A DNA stretch of 64,000 nt from Nitrospirota bacterium (GTDB lineage Bacteria > Nitrospirota > UBA9217): contig CAWFSF010000006.1 in NCBI GenBank assembly GCA_963818475.1, positions 512,001-576,000 on the forward strand. The letters are read 5' to 3'. Below, in pieces: positions 12,195 to 22,791 of this stretch. The first letter of the stretch is position 1; each line of letters begins with the position of its first letter. Below the pieces are notes generated by a model. The model did no database searches. It saw only the letters and a list, made by a program, of their open reading frames with translations, and had not been told where the DNA came from. Position numbers and translations under genes: made by a program.

Positions 12195-13844
12195 CTACGG
12201 CATCATCAGGTTCAGGTCAATGCCGGCTGCATCATCGGTGCTCAGGTCGACAAATCGGGGAACCGCTATCCCCCTGGTCGCGGGGTTCGCAGACGACCAG
12301 CCAACAACCTCCATTCCGTAGCATGCTCGGGGAAACGGAAGTTGTAATGTCCCGCCGGGGAGGTTCTCCATGGTGTAGGTCCCGCCCGATACAATCTGGG
12401 CATTCACGTTCATCGCATTCACGATCATGCCGCCGTGGACCGCGAAAAGGATGCCGCGGTCAAACCCTGTTCCCGGGGCAAAGGTCTCCGGCACCATGAT
12501 CGAACCCGAAACGCTGCGAGCAGTGAGCGGCGCCATCACGTTCAGCACGCCGAGCGAAAGAGTGCCTGTTGAGGAGGAAACCAGCGCGGAGCTGAGGTCG
12601 AGATTATAGAGAGGGGCTCCTGCAACCGCCTTGTATCCGCCGGTACCTTCAACAGGGATGACCGTGGAAAGGGTGATGACCGAAGCGTCATAGGTACCGA
12701 CCTGGAGCGGGTCCGATGACAGCGGAAATCCGAGGATCTGCCCGGTGAGCGGATTAAAATGCCTGAACCTGATGTCGTACGGGACTTCGCCAATGCCCTG
12801 CAGTGTCTGCATGAAATTCACCCATGCGCCGGTCGGTGATGTTATGGTCGCATCCAGCATATGGTCCGGAAAGGTCGCCGGAGTCATGGTGATCTCCGGG
12901 ACAACGGTAGGCTGCGACTGCGGCGTCGTGCCTTTTACGACCGGAACGCCTTTCACGATGACGGTCTCGTAGTTGATCCCGCGCATCACGAGGTCATAGG
13001 TTCCGGGAGCGAGCGGGAACAGGATGAATTTCCCGGTCTGGTCAGCCATCGCGGTGACGCGACGCACGACATGGACCAGGCCGTTCGGAGCTATCTGTTC
13101 CGCCTTGAACACGAATTGTGCCGAGTGGTTGTTTCCGGCTGCCGTTGCGTCGATATGGCCGATGATCGCGCCCGCGTTGTCGAGATCGAAATGAGTCAAT
13201 CGAGGCTTTAGAATATACTCTGTATTACCGTTCCGGTCGATCTTGACCACGTCATGGCCTGCGTCGAAATCAATAGCGAGTTTCAGTTTTGCGTTCTTTT
13301 TGACGCTGAACTCGCCGGTCAGGCTTATGCCGCGGCCCGCATCAGGCACGCGCAGGGGGTAGACCGTCGCATCGTCAGTGACGTCCACCTGATTGTTGTA
13401 GGTAAGATTTTCGGTTGATGACGAGTCGGTCAGGTTGTCTTCGGTCCTTACGAGGAAGATCCGGATCTGGGTATAGTCACCCTCGGGAAGCTCGATATCG
13501 TCCCAGACCGGTACGCTGATCGCGCCGTTACCGAGTTCGAGAAGATCGAGAGTAATGGGGGAGGACAGGGGGAACTTGACCCATCCGGTCTGTTCGGACT
13601 CTGCTGTGCTGCTCGTATGGAACCAGAGGTCCCGAACAGTTATCCAAACATGGTCAAGCCCATAGGCAGGCGCATCCGTGAGGCTCACCGACACGATGCC
13701 TTTGCTTTGGCTTCCCGCGACCGTGCTATTGCTATTACCCGCGCTGCATCCCTGGATGATAACGAACAAGACCGCGACGATCCACAGACAATACCTGTCG
13801 ATACATAATAATCCTCCTTTTTGTATTTTATTTATTGGCATCAT
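12195..13844 (-). CDS. DUF4382-domain exported lipoprotein (true start probably 13806 with an indel)
   Basis: Lipobox-like IQGC, LTDAPA, YTQIRIFL, IDFDA, YILKP; strong SD plus out-of-frame ATG at 13806. Confidence 0.75.
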   Translation of the reverse strand: MMPINKIQKGGLLCIDRYCLWIVAVLFVIIQGCSAGNSNSTVAGSQSKGIVSVSLTDAPAYGLDHVWITVRDLWFHTSSTAESEQTGWVKFPLSSPITLDLLELGNGAISVPVWDDIELPEGDYTQIRIFLVRTEDNLTDSSSTENLTYNNQVDVTDDATVYPLRVPDAGRGISLTGEFSVKKNAKLKLAIDFDAGHDVVKIDRNGNTEYILKPRLTHFDLDNAGAIIGHIDATAAGNNHSAQFVFKAEQIAPNGLVHVVRRVTAMADQTGKFILFPLAPGTYDLVMRGINYETVIVKGVPVVKGTTPQSQPTVVPEITMTPATFPDHMLDATITSPTGAWVNFMQTLQGIGEVPYDIRFRHFNPLTGQILGFPLSSDPLQVGTYDASVITLSTVIPVEGTGGYKAVAGAPLYNLDLSSALVSSSTGTLSLGVLNVMAPLTARSVSGSIMVPETFAPGTGFDRGILFAVHGGMIVNAMNVNAQIVSGGTYTMENLPGGTLQLPFPRACYGMEVVGWSSANPATRGIAVPRFVDLSTDDAAGIDLNLMMP

Positions 13845-13850
13845 GCATGA

Positions 13851-13877
13851 TTAGACCATGGAACGTCGAAAAGGTTT
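13851..13877 (-). promoter_or_regulatory. Putative ECF sigma promoter upstream of the DUF4382 gene
   Basis: AACCTTTTC-N11-GTCTAA, same motif and spacing as 15914-15940. Confidence 0.65.
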
Positions 13878-13901
13878 AATCAGATCTATTCTTAAAAGAA
13901 A

Positions 13902-13934
13902 TAAAAAAACCTGAGCTGTGTTCTGCTCAGGCTT
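13902..13934 (-). terminator. Intrinsic terminator after the Spy/CpxP-like gene
   Basis: CCTGAGC...GCTCAGG followed by a T run on the minus strand. Confidence 0.75.
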
Positions 13935-13968
13935 GGGAGTGAGGATCAGGGAAGGTAACGTTGTTGCT

Positions 13969-14619
13969 TTATTGTCGGGGCGGGCGGGACTGCATGTCCC
14001 TCTCGGGATATTCGTTCATCGGGCCGCCCCTCCTGCCGGGACCTCCTGGCCCCATGCCGTCTCTGCCCTGGCCCTTGCCGCGTGCGCCGGAGATCATATC
14101 GCGCATCTCGCGCTGGAAGTCCTGCTGGAAGAGCAGGAATCGGGCCTGCTGTTCGATCGTAAGGATGTCTTTCAGCCCTTTCATCTCCTGGTCCTTCAAT
14201 CCCTGCATCTCATGGTGGTTCTTCTCGAGCTTTTCGAGCAGGGGCTTGATCTTTGCTCCATCCGGTTTTGCGGTTTTCAGCAGGGACCGCAGGTCTCTCA
14301 TGGCCTCCATCTGATCTCGCATGGTATCACGACGCTTCTGGTCAAGCGAGCTTAAGAGCGACGAGAGCTTTGCGCTCGAATTGGTGTCGAGCTTCAGTTC
14401 TTCGGTGAGACGCCAGATCCGTACTGCTTCTATCTTCTTCCTGACCTCTTCACGCCGTTCTTCAGAGGGAGGTCCACCCTGCCCCGGCTCAGGGGAGAAT
14501 GCACCTGCTTCCCGCTGTGGCTCATCGGCCATTGGTCCGGACATCTGCCGTTGGGCAAAGGCGGGCATGCCGGTCATGGTCAGCACGATCGTCAGTATCA
14601 GTATTTGCGGTATCTTCAT
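13969..14619 (-). CDS. Spy/CpxP/ZraP-like periplasmic helical protein
   Basis: Signal peptide (AFA), helical body, ILTIEQQARF (LTxEQ-like) motif. Confidence 0.75.
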   Translation of the reverse strand: MKIPQILILTIVLTMTGMPAFAQRQMSGPMADEPQREAGAFSPEPGQGGPPSEERREEVRKKIEAVRIWRLTEELKLDTNSSAKLSSLLSSLDQKRRDTMRDQMEAMRDLRSLLKTAKPDGAKIKPLLEKLEKNHHEMQGLKDQEMKGLKDILTIEQQARFLLFQQDFQREMRDMISGARGKGQGRDGMGPGGPGRRGGPMNEYPERDMQSRPPRQ

Positions 14620-14665
14620 ACAATGCCTCCTGCTGCATCAGTAGTTAGTCGTCTCACGTGAGCGG

Positions 14666-15334
14666 TCATCCGAGACGCTTTTCGTTCGAGGTTTTTTTTC
14701 GGAGCTTTTCCCGTGCATCCTGCTCCTTCTTTTTAAGCATTTCGTAGACCCGGTCAAGCTCATGAGTGGTGAGCTCGGAAAGTTCCTCAGAGAGGTCCCG
14801 TGAGGTGTGCTCCTGCGTGTTATTCGTGATCGCTTCCTCTATGGGGGCGAACTCGTTCTGCGCCCACTGCGTAGCAGCATCGAACTCCTCGGAGGAGAGC
14901 TCAGCAAGGTTCACCGGCTCCGCAGCACTGTCTTCTATTGCCGTTCCGGTTGCGGGCTGGGTCATGCGGGCAACGTCCACCGGAATGGAGCGGACCATGA
15001 ACCACGAGATCGCGGTAATGACGATGACCGCAGCCGTTGCCCATGCAAAGCGCGGCATGGACATCCAGCCCAGGAAGTCAGAGAGCGCAAACCGCTTTTT
15101 TTCCTGTTGCTTGCCGACCTGAATTTCCCGGTAGATCCGTTCAGGCATTCCTGTCCAGAAGGCCTCGTCCGGAACCGGCACGGGATCATCGGCTATTATG
15201 CTCAGCAGTGTCAATTCCGCCCGGCAGTCCTCGCAGGAGGCGAGGTGCTGCTCGACGCGGGTGCGGGTGGCCGGATCGAGCGTTCTCTCTAGATACGCCG
15301 GGAGGAGCTCTTGCATGTTGGTATCGTTGCACAT
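14666..15334 (-). CDS. Zinc-finger (zf-HC2/ZAS) anti-sigma factor
   Basis: HLASCEDC motif, one TM helix, directly downstream of an ECF sigma factor. Confidence 0.88.
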   Translation of the reverse strand: MCNDTNMQELLPAYLERTLDPATRTRVEQHLASCEDCRAELTLLSIIADDPVPVPDEAFWTGMPERIYREIQVGKQQEKKRFALSDFLGWMSMPRFAWATAAVIVITAISWFMVRSIPVDVARMTQPATGTAIEDSAAEPVNLAELSSEEFDAATQWAQNEFAPIEEAITNNTQEHTSRDLSEELSELTTHELDRVYEMLKKKEQDAREKLRKKTSNEKRLG

Positions 15335-15351
15335 GGCAGTGGGTGCCCTGA

Positions 15352-15894
15352 CTACGGGCTAGTTTCCTTTTCCTTCAGCAGTGTCTTCATTTTCTGCACA
15401 GCATGATGATAATTTGCCTTTGCAGTGCCGAGAGAGCACTGCATGACGTTCGCGATCTCCTCGAATTTCAAACCGTTCTGCACCCTGAGCATGAGGGTCA
15501 TTCGCTGCTTTTCCGGCAGCGAGTCGACCGCCTGCAGGAGCAGGTGATGGTGTTCCTTGCGGATCAGGACATCGAGCGTCCTGGGGTCTTTCCTGATCAC
15601 GACATCATCGAACGAAACGTACTGGACCTTCGCGCGGTCACGATAGGTGTTCTTTGCCAGGTTGATCGCGATCTGGTAGAGCCAGGTTTTGAAGCTCGAC
15701 CGTCCTTCGAATCCGGATAAGCCGGTGAATGCCTTGACAAAGGTCTTTTGCAGGATATCAGCGGCATCCTCGTGATTGCTCACCATCCGGTAGACCAGGG
15801 CGTAAAGGGGTTTCTGGTGTTTTTGCACCAGCGCATTGAACGCCTCCCGGTCGCCTGCGGCATATCTGTCGATCAGTTCGTTATCCTGGTCCAT
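15352..15894 (-). CDS. ECF RNA polymerase sigma factor
   Basis: DAADILQKTF, SFKTWLYQIAIN, EEIANVMQCSLGTAK. Confidence 0.93.
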   Translation of the reverse strand: MDQDNELIDRYAAGDREAFNALVQKHQKPLYALVYRMVSNHEDAADILQKTFVKAFTGLSGFEGRSSFKTWLYQIAINLAKNTYRDRAKVQYVSFDDVVIRKDPRTLDVLIRKEHHHLLLQAVDSLPEKQRMTLMLRVQNGLKFEEIANVMQCSLGTAKANYHHAVQKMKTLLKEKETSP

Positions 15895-15913
15895 AAGAAG
15901 GCCATTCATCTTT

Positions 15914-15940
15914 TGAGACACCGACAAGGGGAAAAGGTTA
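15914..15940 (-). promoter_or_regulatory. Putative autoregulatory ECF promoter
   Basis: AACCTTTTC-N11-GTCTCA immediately upstream of the sigma gene. Confidence 0.65.
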
Positions 15941-15992
15941 AATGCAGCAGCGATTGGATGGGGCACCGGACAGAACGGCGAGCCAGAGGAGG

Positions 15993-18218
15993 TTAGTGCT
16001 TTGGCTGGGGTACTGCGGTAGCCGCGGCATCCCGGATGTCGCTATAGAGGCAGACCTTGTTCCTGCCCGTGTTTTTAGCATGGTAGAGCGCCTGGTCGGT
16101 CTGTGCAATGAGCACTTCCTTTTTCCCACACCCCTGATAGTAGGATGCCACGCCGATGCTCACCGTTTTTTTCAGCGTGATCGCTCCGGCAGTGATCACC
16201 GTGCTTTCTACCGTCTTCCGGATGCGTTCAGCCATTATCTTTGCGCCTGCCGTGTCCGCGCCCACCATGCCGATGGCAAACTCTTCTCCTCCATAACGCG
16301 CGACAAAATCGATGCTGCGCGCCATCTGGCGAATGACGCCGGCCACGGCCTTGAGCGCTACGTCCCCGACCGGGTGGCCGTGCTCGTCGTTCACCTTTTT
16401 GAAGTGATCGATATCGAAGAGAAGCAGCGAAAAGTTTTGATATTCGGCGCGATCGAGCCGTTTGAACTCCTCATCCATTTTTTCCATGAATGTCCGGTGA
16501 TTCAGTAGTCCGGTCAGGCCGTCGTGATGGGCCATGTTCTTGATCTGCCGGTGCAGGATGGCGTTGTCCATCACGACCGCGACCTGGTTCATCAGCGTAT
16601 CGAGGAAACTGCGCTGCGGTTCCGAGAATGCGTCAGGCCTGGATCGATCCCGAGAAAAAAGGCGCCAATGAACTTTTTACCGGCCACGAGGGGCCAGCAT
16701 GAAAGAGTATGGATCTGCTGCTGGAGTCTATTCCTTCCGCCGAACAGGTTTATTTCCCCGCTGCGCTCACCTAGGTCGGGAAAGTGATATGACAGTGTTC
16801 GACCGTTTTTCCACTCTTTCAACATTTGGCTCAGGATTCCACTCTGCGCCACAGGAAAGGGCTTCTCCGCCGTCTGGTCTTCCTCGGTTTTCCCTAAAAA
16901 TGTCTTGAATGACGATAGGAGATGTTCTAGAAACTTCGCCCGATCGTCGCTCTGTATTGCTGTGCCGCTGAGATGCAGGACAATTGCTTCTCCGGATTTC
17001 TCATCATAGCGAAGGAAAACACACAGCTCGTTAGGCACCGCGGTGCTGAGAAGGGTTGTCAGTCTGTCCAGGATTGCATCGAGATCAAGGCTGCTGCTCA
17101 GGACACCGCTCATCTCGTGGAGAGATTCGAAATGCGACGCCCGTACATTCAGCTCCTGGGCGATCTGTATTCTCTCGATGATCTGGATGAAAAAAGGAGT
17201 GAAGCGTTCAAGAATATGTTGAGTCTCGGCGGAAAATGCACCAGGTTCCAGGCTGTCCACTGCCAGAACGCCCAGGACGTTTGCGCTGCTATCAATGATG
17301 GGAAAGGCAAAAAAGGAGCGTATCGGCTCCTCCCCTTGATAATAACCAAGCGTTGTCGTCGGAAGGGACATATCATCGATGTACTTGGGTTCTCTATTCT
17401 TTGCACAGGAGCCGATGATCCACTGTTCCTGCGCAAGATCAAAATCCGGTGTTGCGCCGATTTTGGCGATCGAGAGGCTATCGCTGCGTATCGCCCGGAG
17501 GGCCAGGACGTCTTTCCCCGACCGATGTTCCCGAAGAAAGAGCGCATAGGTATGGGCGGGGACCAGTTCGTAGATGAATTCGAGAAGCCCATTGAAGGTG
17601 ACCTCGCGCCTTAACGCTGCATCCACGTTCGCCGCCTGACGGCCGGTCTGCGTAAGTGTAGAAAGCTTTGTCTTATCGGACAGAGGGTCGACTGCGCTGG
17701 CATGTGCCAGCAGCTGCTCATGGGCCTCCCGGACCTGTTGTTCTTTTGCCCGGACGCGGTTCATGATATGCGCCGTCACGAGCGAGACGCCGGCAAGGGA
17801 CAGGGCATATCCGGCGTATACTTCCCACCGGAACGCCTGGACCTGTTTCGGCGCGATAAGGTTCGCGGTCTCGATGCCAAGGATGAGGCCGACGGCCGCG
17901 TAGGTCTTGTCCAGCGGGTACCGGGAAAAGGCTGCGATGAGCACGGTGAACAGGAAGTAGGCGGGCCAGAGCGACGAGTGGATGCCGCCGGTAACCTGCA
18001 CGACAAAATTGAGCAGGATGATGCCGAGGGTTATATAGGGGAAGGCTTTGAGCTGGTCAGGGGAAATGAATGAGGCATAGAAGATGGAGAAGGCGAGCAG
18101 AACGTATCCCGCAAGCCAGAACATCATGAGTGAGGCCGAAGGGGTCCTGGCTGAGGAACAATCCAAGGCTGGAAGAAATACTGTACAGGACCAGGCCGAG
18201 GAAGATGAACTTTTTCAA
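15993..18218 (-). CDS. Membrane GAF-GAF-GGDEF diguanylate cyclase (broken by indels near 16640 and 18130-18160)
   Basis: TM region and GAF domains in ORF 16592-18166; DGLTGLLN, DIDHFKKVND, RYGGEEF in ORF 15993-16592. Confidence 0.85.
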
Positions 18219-18494
18219 ACCTTTTTTCTCCTGCTCGAGTTCCTCTTCCACGTACTTGCGATAGAGGACATCCCATTCGCGGCTTCCCTCGGGCACCCTG
18301 CGGGACAGGGACTGGATCGTGCGCCGTGCCGCCGCGTCCGCCTCGTCTTCGTATTGGAGCTCGGCGGTAATGGTCCGCTTGATCTCCCGGAGCAGGCGCT
18401 CCTCGGGCTGGAGCGGTTCCACGATGCCTTCTTTCAGGATAGTATCAAGGATCGTGTGTGACAGATGGGAGATGCGGTCTTCACTGAGTTTCAT
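18215..18494 (-). CDS. DUF507 family protein (stop lost through an indel near 18236)
   Basis: MKLSEDRISHLSH...VPEGSREWDVLYRKY; removing one base gives EEELSRRKKV-stop. Confidence 0.75.
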
Positions 18495-18563
18495 GATTGA
18501 TTACCTGCCTGCTGTTCTTAGAATGTGGCCATGCATGCATTGGCTGGCACGCATCTGGCCTGA

Positions 18564-18845
18564 TCAGAGGACCATTCCCCGGTCTTTTGCCAGTTTTTTC
18601 TTGGTCAGATCGAACACCTTGCGGTAGTCCATATTGCCCCTGGCGATCTCGTCCTCGTGTGCCGCCAGGATCTTCTCGACGTCCTTGTTGAGCTTGTCCT
18701 CGGCAAGCATGTCAGCGGTGATGACCTCGGCGATCTTCGCGGCAACCGCGCCGCGCGATTTTGGCGCATTCACCATGCCTTTGGTCTCAAGGCTTATGGC
18801 TACTTCGTCAGCGAGCAGTTTGATCATTTCCTTCGAGAGCCGCAT
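18564..18845 (-). CDS. DUF507 family protein
   Basis: MRLSKE...EDKLNKDV...MDYRKVFDLTKKKLAKDRG. Confidence 0.8.
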   Translation of the reverse strand: MRLSKEMIKLLADEVAISLETKGMVNAPKSRGAVAAKIAEVITADMLAEDKLNKDVEKILAAHEDEIARGNMDYRKVFDLTKKKLAKDRGMVL

Positions 18846-18945
18846 GGTTTTCCTTCGTGCCGCAGGTTGATTCGCTTCGAAACTTTTGATTGCCGCACAA
18901 CTGACGCCTATTATACCAAAAAACCGTCAAGCGGCGAAAAAAAGT

Positions 18946-19890
18946 TCATTCGGGCTTTTTCTGTTCAGTGACCCGGACCTTGCGGAAGTCCGCCCAGATA
19001 TCCACGACGCCGAGCGCGGTGACGCAGACAACGACCGGGAGGGCCAGAATGATGGCGTGCAGCATGCCCCGGACCGCGGTGTGGATGCCGGCTTTTCTGA
19101 AGTAATGCTCCACGACGGCGATCCCCTGTGCCGTGTAGAGGACGCCGAAGAGGATTGCTGCGTTCCAGCTGATGATATGTGCAGCCTCTTGCGGGATCAC
19201 GGCGCAGGCCAGGGTTGCTATGAGGCCCCAGACCCAGACGTCCGGTGCATGCCATTGGGCGAGCGTCGGCTGATCAGGAGCCGGACCCTGTTTGCGGGCG
19301 ATCACGGTCCGGGCCAAGCCGTAACAGCAGGCGGCCTGCACCACGGAGGTCGCGACAACGATGCCCGGCAGAAGACGTACGAGATAGTAAATGAATCTGT
19401 CCGAGATGCCGGTGATCGTGGCTGTCATTTCGGTCAGTCCCAGGGTCGTGTACATTTTTGCCGCTTCGGCGAGGCTGTTCCGCAGGTATTCTTCGACTGC
19501 TGCGACAGGGCTTTTGCCCAGGTGCGCGAAGTAGGCGGCCAGTGCGATGCCGATCGCTGCGATCGGCAGGAGACCGCCGATCAGTGCCGCTCCTTCGGGC
19601 CTGGACCTTCGCAGCATGGCCTCGGCAATTCCGATCGCCATCAGACCGAAGGTGAGGAAAAGCAGGACAGCGCCCTGCCAGCCCGCAATGACGGAAACGA
19701 GCATGCAGGCGAGGCCGATCGAAGCGAGGCCCTCCCGTCTGCCGTTCCGTATGTAGGCGATAATGGGCGGGACCGGTGAGAACACGGCGGCCAGCAGGCC
19801 GAGCACCGGTATGATCAAACCTGCCAGATAGAGGCCTGCGGCCTGCATGGCGCTGACGACGATGGCTCGATAGTTCAATGACGTCTCCAA
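18946..19890 (-). CDS. YybS/DUF2232 membrane protein
   Basis: Multi-TM, QGIAVV and LGVVDIWADFRK motifs, downstream of rpsR. Confidence 0.85.
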   Translation of the reverse strand: METSLNYRAIVVSAMQAAGLYLAGLIIPVLGLLAAVFSPVPPIIAYIRNGRREGLASIGLACMLVSVIAGWQGAVLLFLTFGLMAIGIAEAMLRRSRPEGAALIGGLLPIAAIGIALAAYFAHLGKSPVAAVEEYLRNSLAEAAKMYTTLGLTEMTATITGISDRFIYYLVRLLPGIVVATSVVQAACCYGLARTVIARKQGPAPDQPTLAQWHAPDVWVWGLIATLACAVIPQEAAHIISWNAAILFGVLYTAQGIAVVEHYFRKAGIHTAVRGMLHAIILALPVVVCVTALGVVDIWADFRKVRVTEQKKPE

Positions 19891-19940
19891 AAAAAAGGGA
19901 AACTCATGGTCACCGTATCAGTAACCGCCTGAGTTCCCCT
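19888..19940 (-). terminator. Possible terminator after rpsR
   Basis: GGGAACTCA...TGAGTTTCCC followed by T8 on the minus strand. Confidence 0.6.
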
Positions 19941-19973
19941 GTTGCATTCAGACTGCCCGTGCTGTTCCCCGGC

Positions 19974-20315
19974 TTACTTCTCGCCCGAGAACGGCAGGAT
20001 CGCGATGTTCCTGCCCCGCTGGATGGCGACCGTGACGTCCCGCTGGTGGCGGGCGCAGTTGCCGGAGATGCGGCGGGGAAGGATCTTGCCCCGCTCGGTG
20101 ATGAAGAACCGGAGGGTCTTGATGTCCTTGTAATCGATGAACGGCGCTTTGTCCACGCAGAACCGGCATACTTTCCGCCGGACCGTGAAACGCCTTTTTT
20201 TAGGATCTCCGCCGCCTCGGGAATCGCGGCTGTCGCGCGAACCGCCGGGGCGGTCGCCTGAAGGCCTCGGACCGGACGGTCTTGAGCCGGCCGGCCTTGG
20301 GGTAAACTCTGCCAT
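19974..20315 (-). CDS. rpsR: 30S ribosomal protein S18 with a low-complexity N-terminal extension
   Basis: [24 protein letters not shown]. Confidence 0.96.
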   Translation of the reverse strand: MAEFTPRPAGSRPSGPRPSGDRPGGSRDSRDSRGGGDPKKRRFTVRRKVCRFCVDKAPFIDYKDIKTLRFFITERGKILPRRISGNCARHQRDVTVAIQRGRNIAILPFSGEK

Positions 20316-20364
20316 AGTAAACTCCTCGTTAAATAGTTAGTGGGTGTACCGGTACCATACTGCC

Positions 20365-20775
20365 TTAAAAGGGGATATCTCCCTCGTCAACCGGGGATTC
20401 CGGGGCCTGTTCGGCCTGGCTATGCCCGCTGCCGCCGGACGATTGGCGTTTCGGCATGAACGTCACCGACTGCGCCGCGACCTCGACCTTGCTCCGCTTC
20501 TGGCCGGTGTCCTTGTCGTCCCATCGGCGTTGCTGCAGCCTGCCTTCGATCAGCGCCGCATCTCCCTTGTTGAGATACTGGCCGCAGTTTTCGGCCTGCT
20601 TGCCGAAGACGACGATGTCGATGTAGCTGACCTCTTCCTTGGTCTCGTCGCCCTGCTTGTACTTGCGGTTGACCGCGATGGCAAAGTTCGCCACAGCGCT
20701 GCCGTTCGGTGTGTAGCGTACCTCGGGATCGCGTGTGAGATTTCCCATCAATATCACTTTGTTAAAGCTCGTCAT
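20365..20775 (-). CDS. ssb: Single-stranded DNA-binding protein
   Basis: NKVILMGNLTRDPE, C-terminal DIPF. Confidence 0.97.
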   Translation of the reverse strand: MTSFNKVILMGNLTRDPEVRYTPNGSAVANFAIAVNRKYKQGDETKEEVSYIDIVVFGKQAENCGQYLNKGDAALIEGRLQQRRWDDKDTGQKRSKVEVAAQSVTFMPKRQSSGGSGHSQAEQAPESPVDEGDIPF

Positions 20776-20841
20776 GGTACGGCCTCGATGGTCGCCGGTC
20801 TCCGCTTATGCAAGCGGGCTCCGGCTGTTAAGTGCTTCCGC

Positions 20842-21219
20842 TTAGGCAGTTGCGTCGGATGCGGCTGCTGCTGCCTTGGCAAGGTCTTTTTTCTTCGGCT
20901 TGGGCGGCTGCTTGAGCCGCAGCTCTTTTTCGAGCTTGATGGTCATGAATTTGATCACGGAGTCCGTGAGCTTGTAGGTGCGCTCAAGCTCATGGATCAA
21001 GGGCGCCGGAGCCTTGAACTGGAAGAACGCGTAGTGGCCGCGCTTCTGTTTCTTGATCTCGTAGGCCAGCTTCTTTTTGCCCCAGTCCTCGAACTTGACC
21101 ATTTCTCCGCCCTGGTTCGTAATAACGTCCTGCATCTTCTTGATGACGTTGGCGGTTTCTTCGTCCGTGATATTGGGGTTGATGATGAAGATTGATTCGT
21201 AGATATGCATTGCTGACAT
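20842..21219 (-). CDS. rpsF: 30S ribosomal protein S6
   Basis: YESIFIINP, WGKKKLAYEIKK; rpsF-ssb-rpsR order. Confidence 0.96.
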   Translation of the reverse strand: MSAMHIYESIFIINPNITDEETANVIKKMQDVITNQGGEMVKFEDWGKKKLAYEIKKQKRGHYAFFQFKAPAPLIHELERTYKLTDSVIKFMTIKLEKELRLKQPPKPKKKDLAKAAAAASDATA

Positions 21220-21475
21220 TGCTGATACCTCCCTATGGGTTATAGCCCCCTGTGTCTGGTGCATACAGGGAGCAAGGAGTAATCCCGGTACAACGCCTCG
21301 GGAATCGACCTTACTCATTTGTGAAGCAGAACAATATCATAGGACAAGCTTTAAATCAAGCATTTTCGTGACTATTCAACACCTCTGAACCCGGGAGGGT
21401 TGTAAACCGGAGAAAGGCCCTTTTGGCCGCAGATTTCGCAGAGACCCCGAATTGAAAAATAATCCAGGTCTAGTC

Positions 21476-21547
21476 AACCGCGAATGAAACGCGAATACAC
21501 GCTAATATTTCTTCTGAATTCGCGTCCATTCGCGTCTATTAGCGGTT
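21476..21547. repeat. Inverted 10-11-mer repeats (CGCGAAT units), REP-like
   Basis: AACCGCGAATGAAACGCGAATACACGCTAAT ... ATTCGCGTCCATTCGCGTCTATTAGCGGTT. Confidence 0.7.
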
Positions 21548-21595
21548 ATTTCCGCGGATAATGTTTTGACCTGAAAGTCAGGAGTTTCTCGATTT

Positions 21596-22791
21596 CTAGA
21601 ACCAGAGCCGGAGCAGGCCGACAACGAACACCAACAGGATAGGCAGGTACATGAGCCGGTAGGTGCCGGCAAGGTCCGCCTTGAAGTACCGGACGGTCAG
21701 GACAAGGCAGAGGTGCGTGGGCGAGAGCATGACGCCGGCAAAACCGCTGGCAAAGGCAAAGGTCACCATGGCCGGGTCCGGGTGGCCCCCCAGCATGGCG
21801 GTGATGATCGGGAAGGTGGCGCCTACGAACGCGACCGTGAGGCCGGTCAGGAGCCCGACAATGAACGGCAGGGCGAAGAGCACCACGACGGGCGGCAGGC
21901 CGCTTTCGCGGAAGAAGAGGGGCAACGCCTCGATGGCGCCCGAGGCGTCGAGCATTCCTTTGAAGACCATGATCCCCGCGACCATCAGGATAACGTTGAG
22001 CGAGATGCTCTCCTTGAACATGGTGCCGATCTCACCAGGCCTGTAGCGATAGTAGAGCAGCATGGCGTCACGATCAGTGCCATGGCGATGGCGAGCGGAA
22101 GTTTGAAGCCGATGACCAGGATAAGCGAGGCCGTGATCGGCAGGAGCGTCAGGAAAAGGGCGGAAAGCTCCTTCCGGTCCCGTTTGCCTGCCACCGACGT
22201 ACTGGAGAGACCCCGAAAGCCGAGCAGCGCGCCGACGCCGATGACCGCGAGGGGAAGGGGCAGCTGCGAGAGCAGCAGGTCGTTCAGCGGCAGCCTGGTC
22301 ACGGCGGCCGCGAGCACGATCCCGGGGTAGAGGGGAGAGCAGTATTCCCAGATATGGCGGAACCAGTAGTTGATATAGGCCTTGTGCTCGGGTGTCATCG
22401 TCGTATCCGCGGCAGCTTCCTGCACCATGGGGGCCGAGAAGGCGGCCCCGCCTGCCGACGGCAGCAGCCCGATCACGCCGGGCAGCACGGCCATGGCGAT
22501 GCGCCGGTCGCGGGCAACGTTCACGACAGCCTCCATCATGCGCTTGAGCACGCCCCGTTTCCTGATGATGTTCTCGAGCGCCATGATCAGCACCAGGCCG
22601 GTCACGAGGTTGATGGTCACCGGGTCGGAGGCAGCGGCAAGGAAAACACCGGCCTGTCTGACAAGGCCTATCCTATACAGCGCCCCGAGGAAGGCGGCAG
22701 CCAGCAGCATCACCAGCCCCAGGTTCCAGCGCCGGCGAAGCAGCAGCACAATGAGCGCGAAAGCCGCTCCGATCTTGAGCAGGTCAGTCAT
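21596..22791 (-). CDS. DUF401 family membrane protein (frameshift near 22067)
   Basis: GLLPSAGGAAFSAP and NYWFRHIWE in the first ORF; LSPTHLCL in the second. Confidence 0.82.

Noticed and set aside
19974-20315. RPSG-rich N-terminal extension of S18 and absence of rplI after DUF2232
   Set aside because: Such extensions and operon breaks are common and not considered novel.
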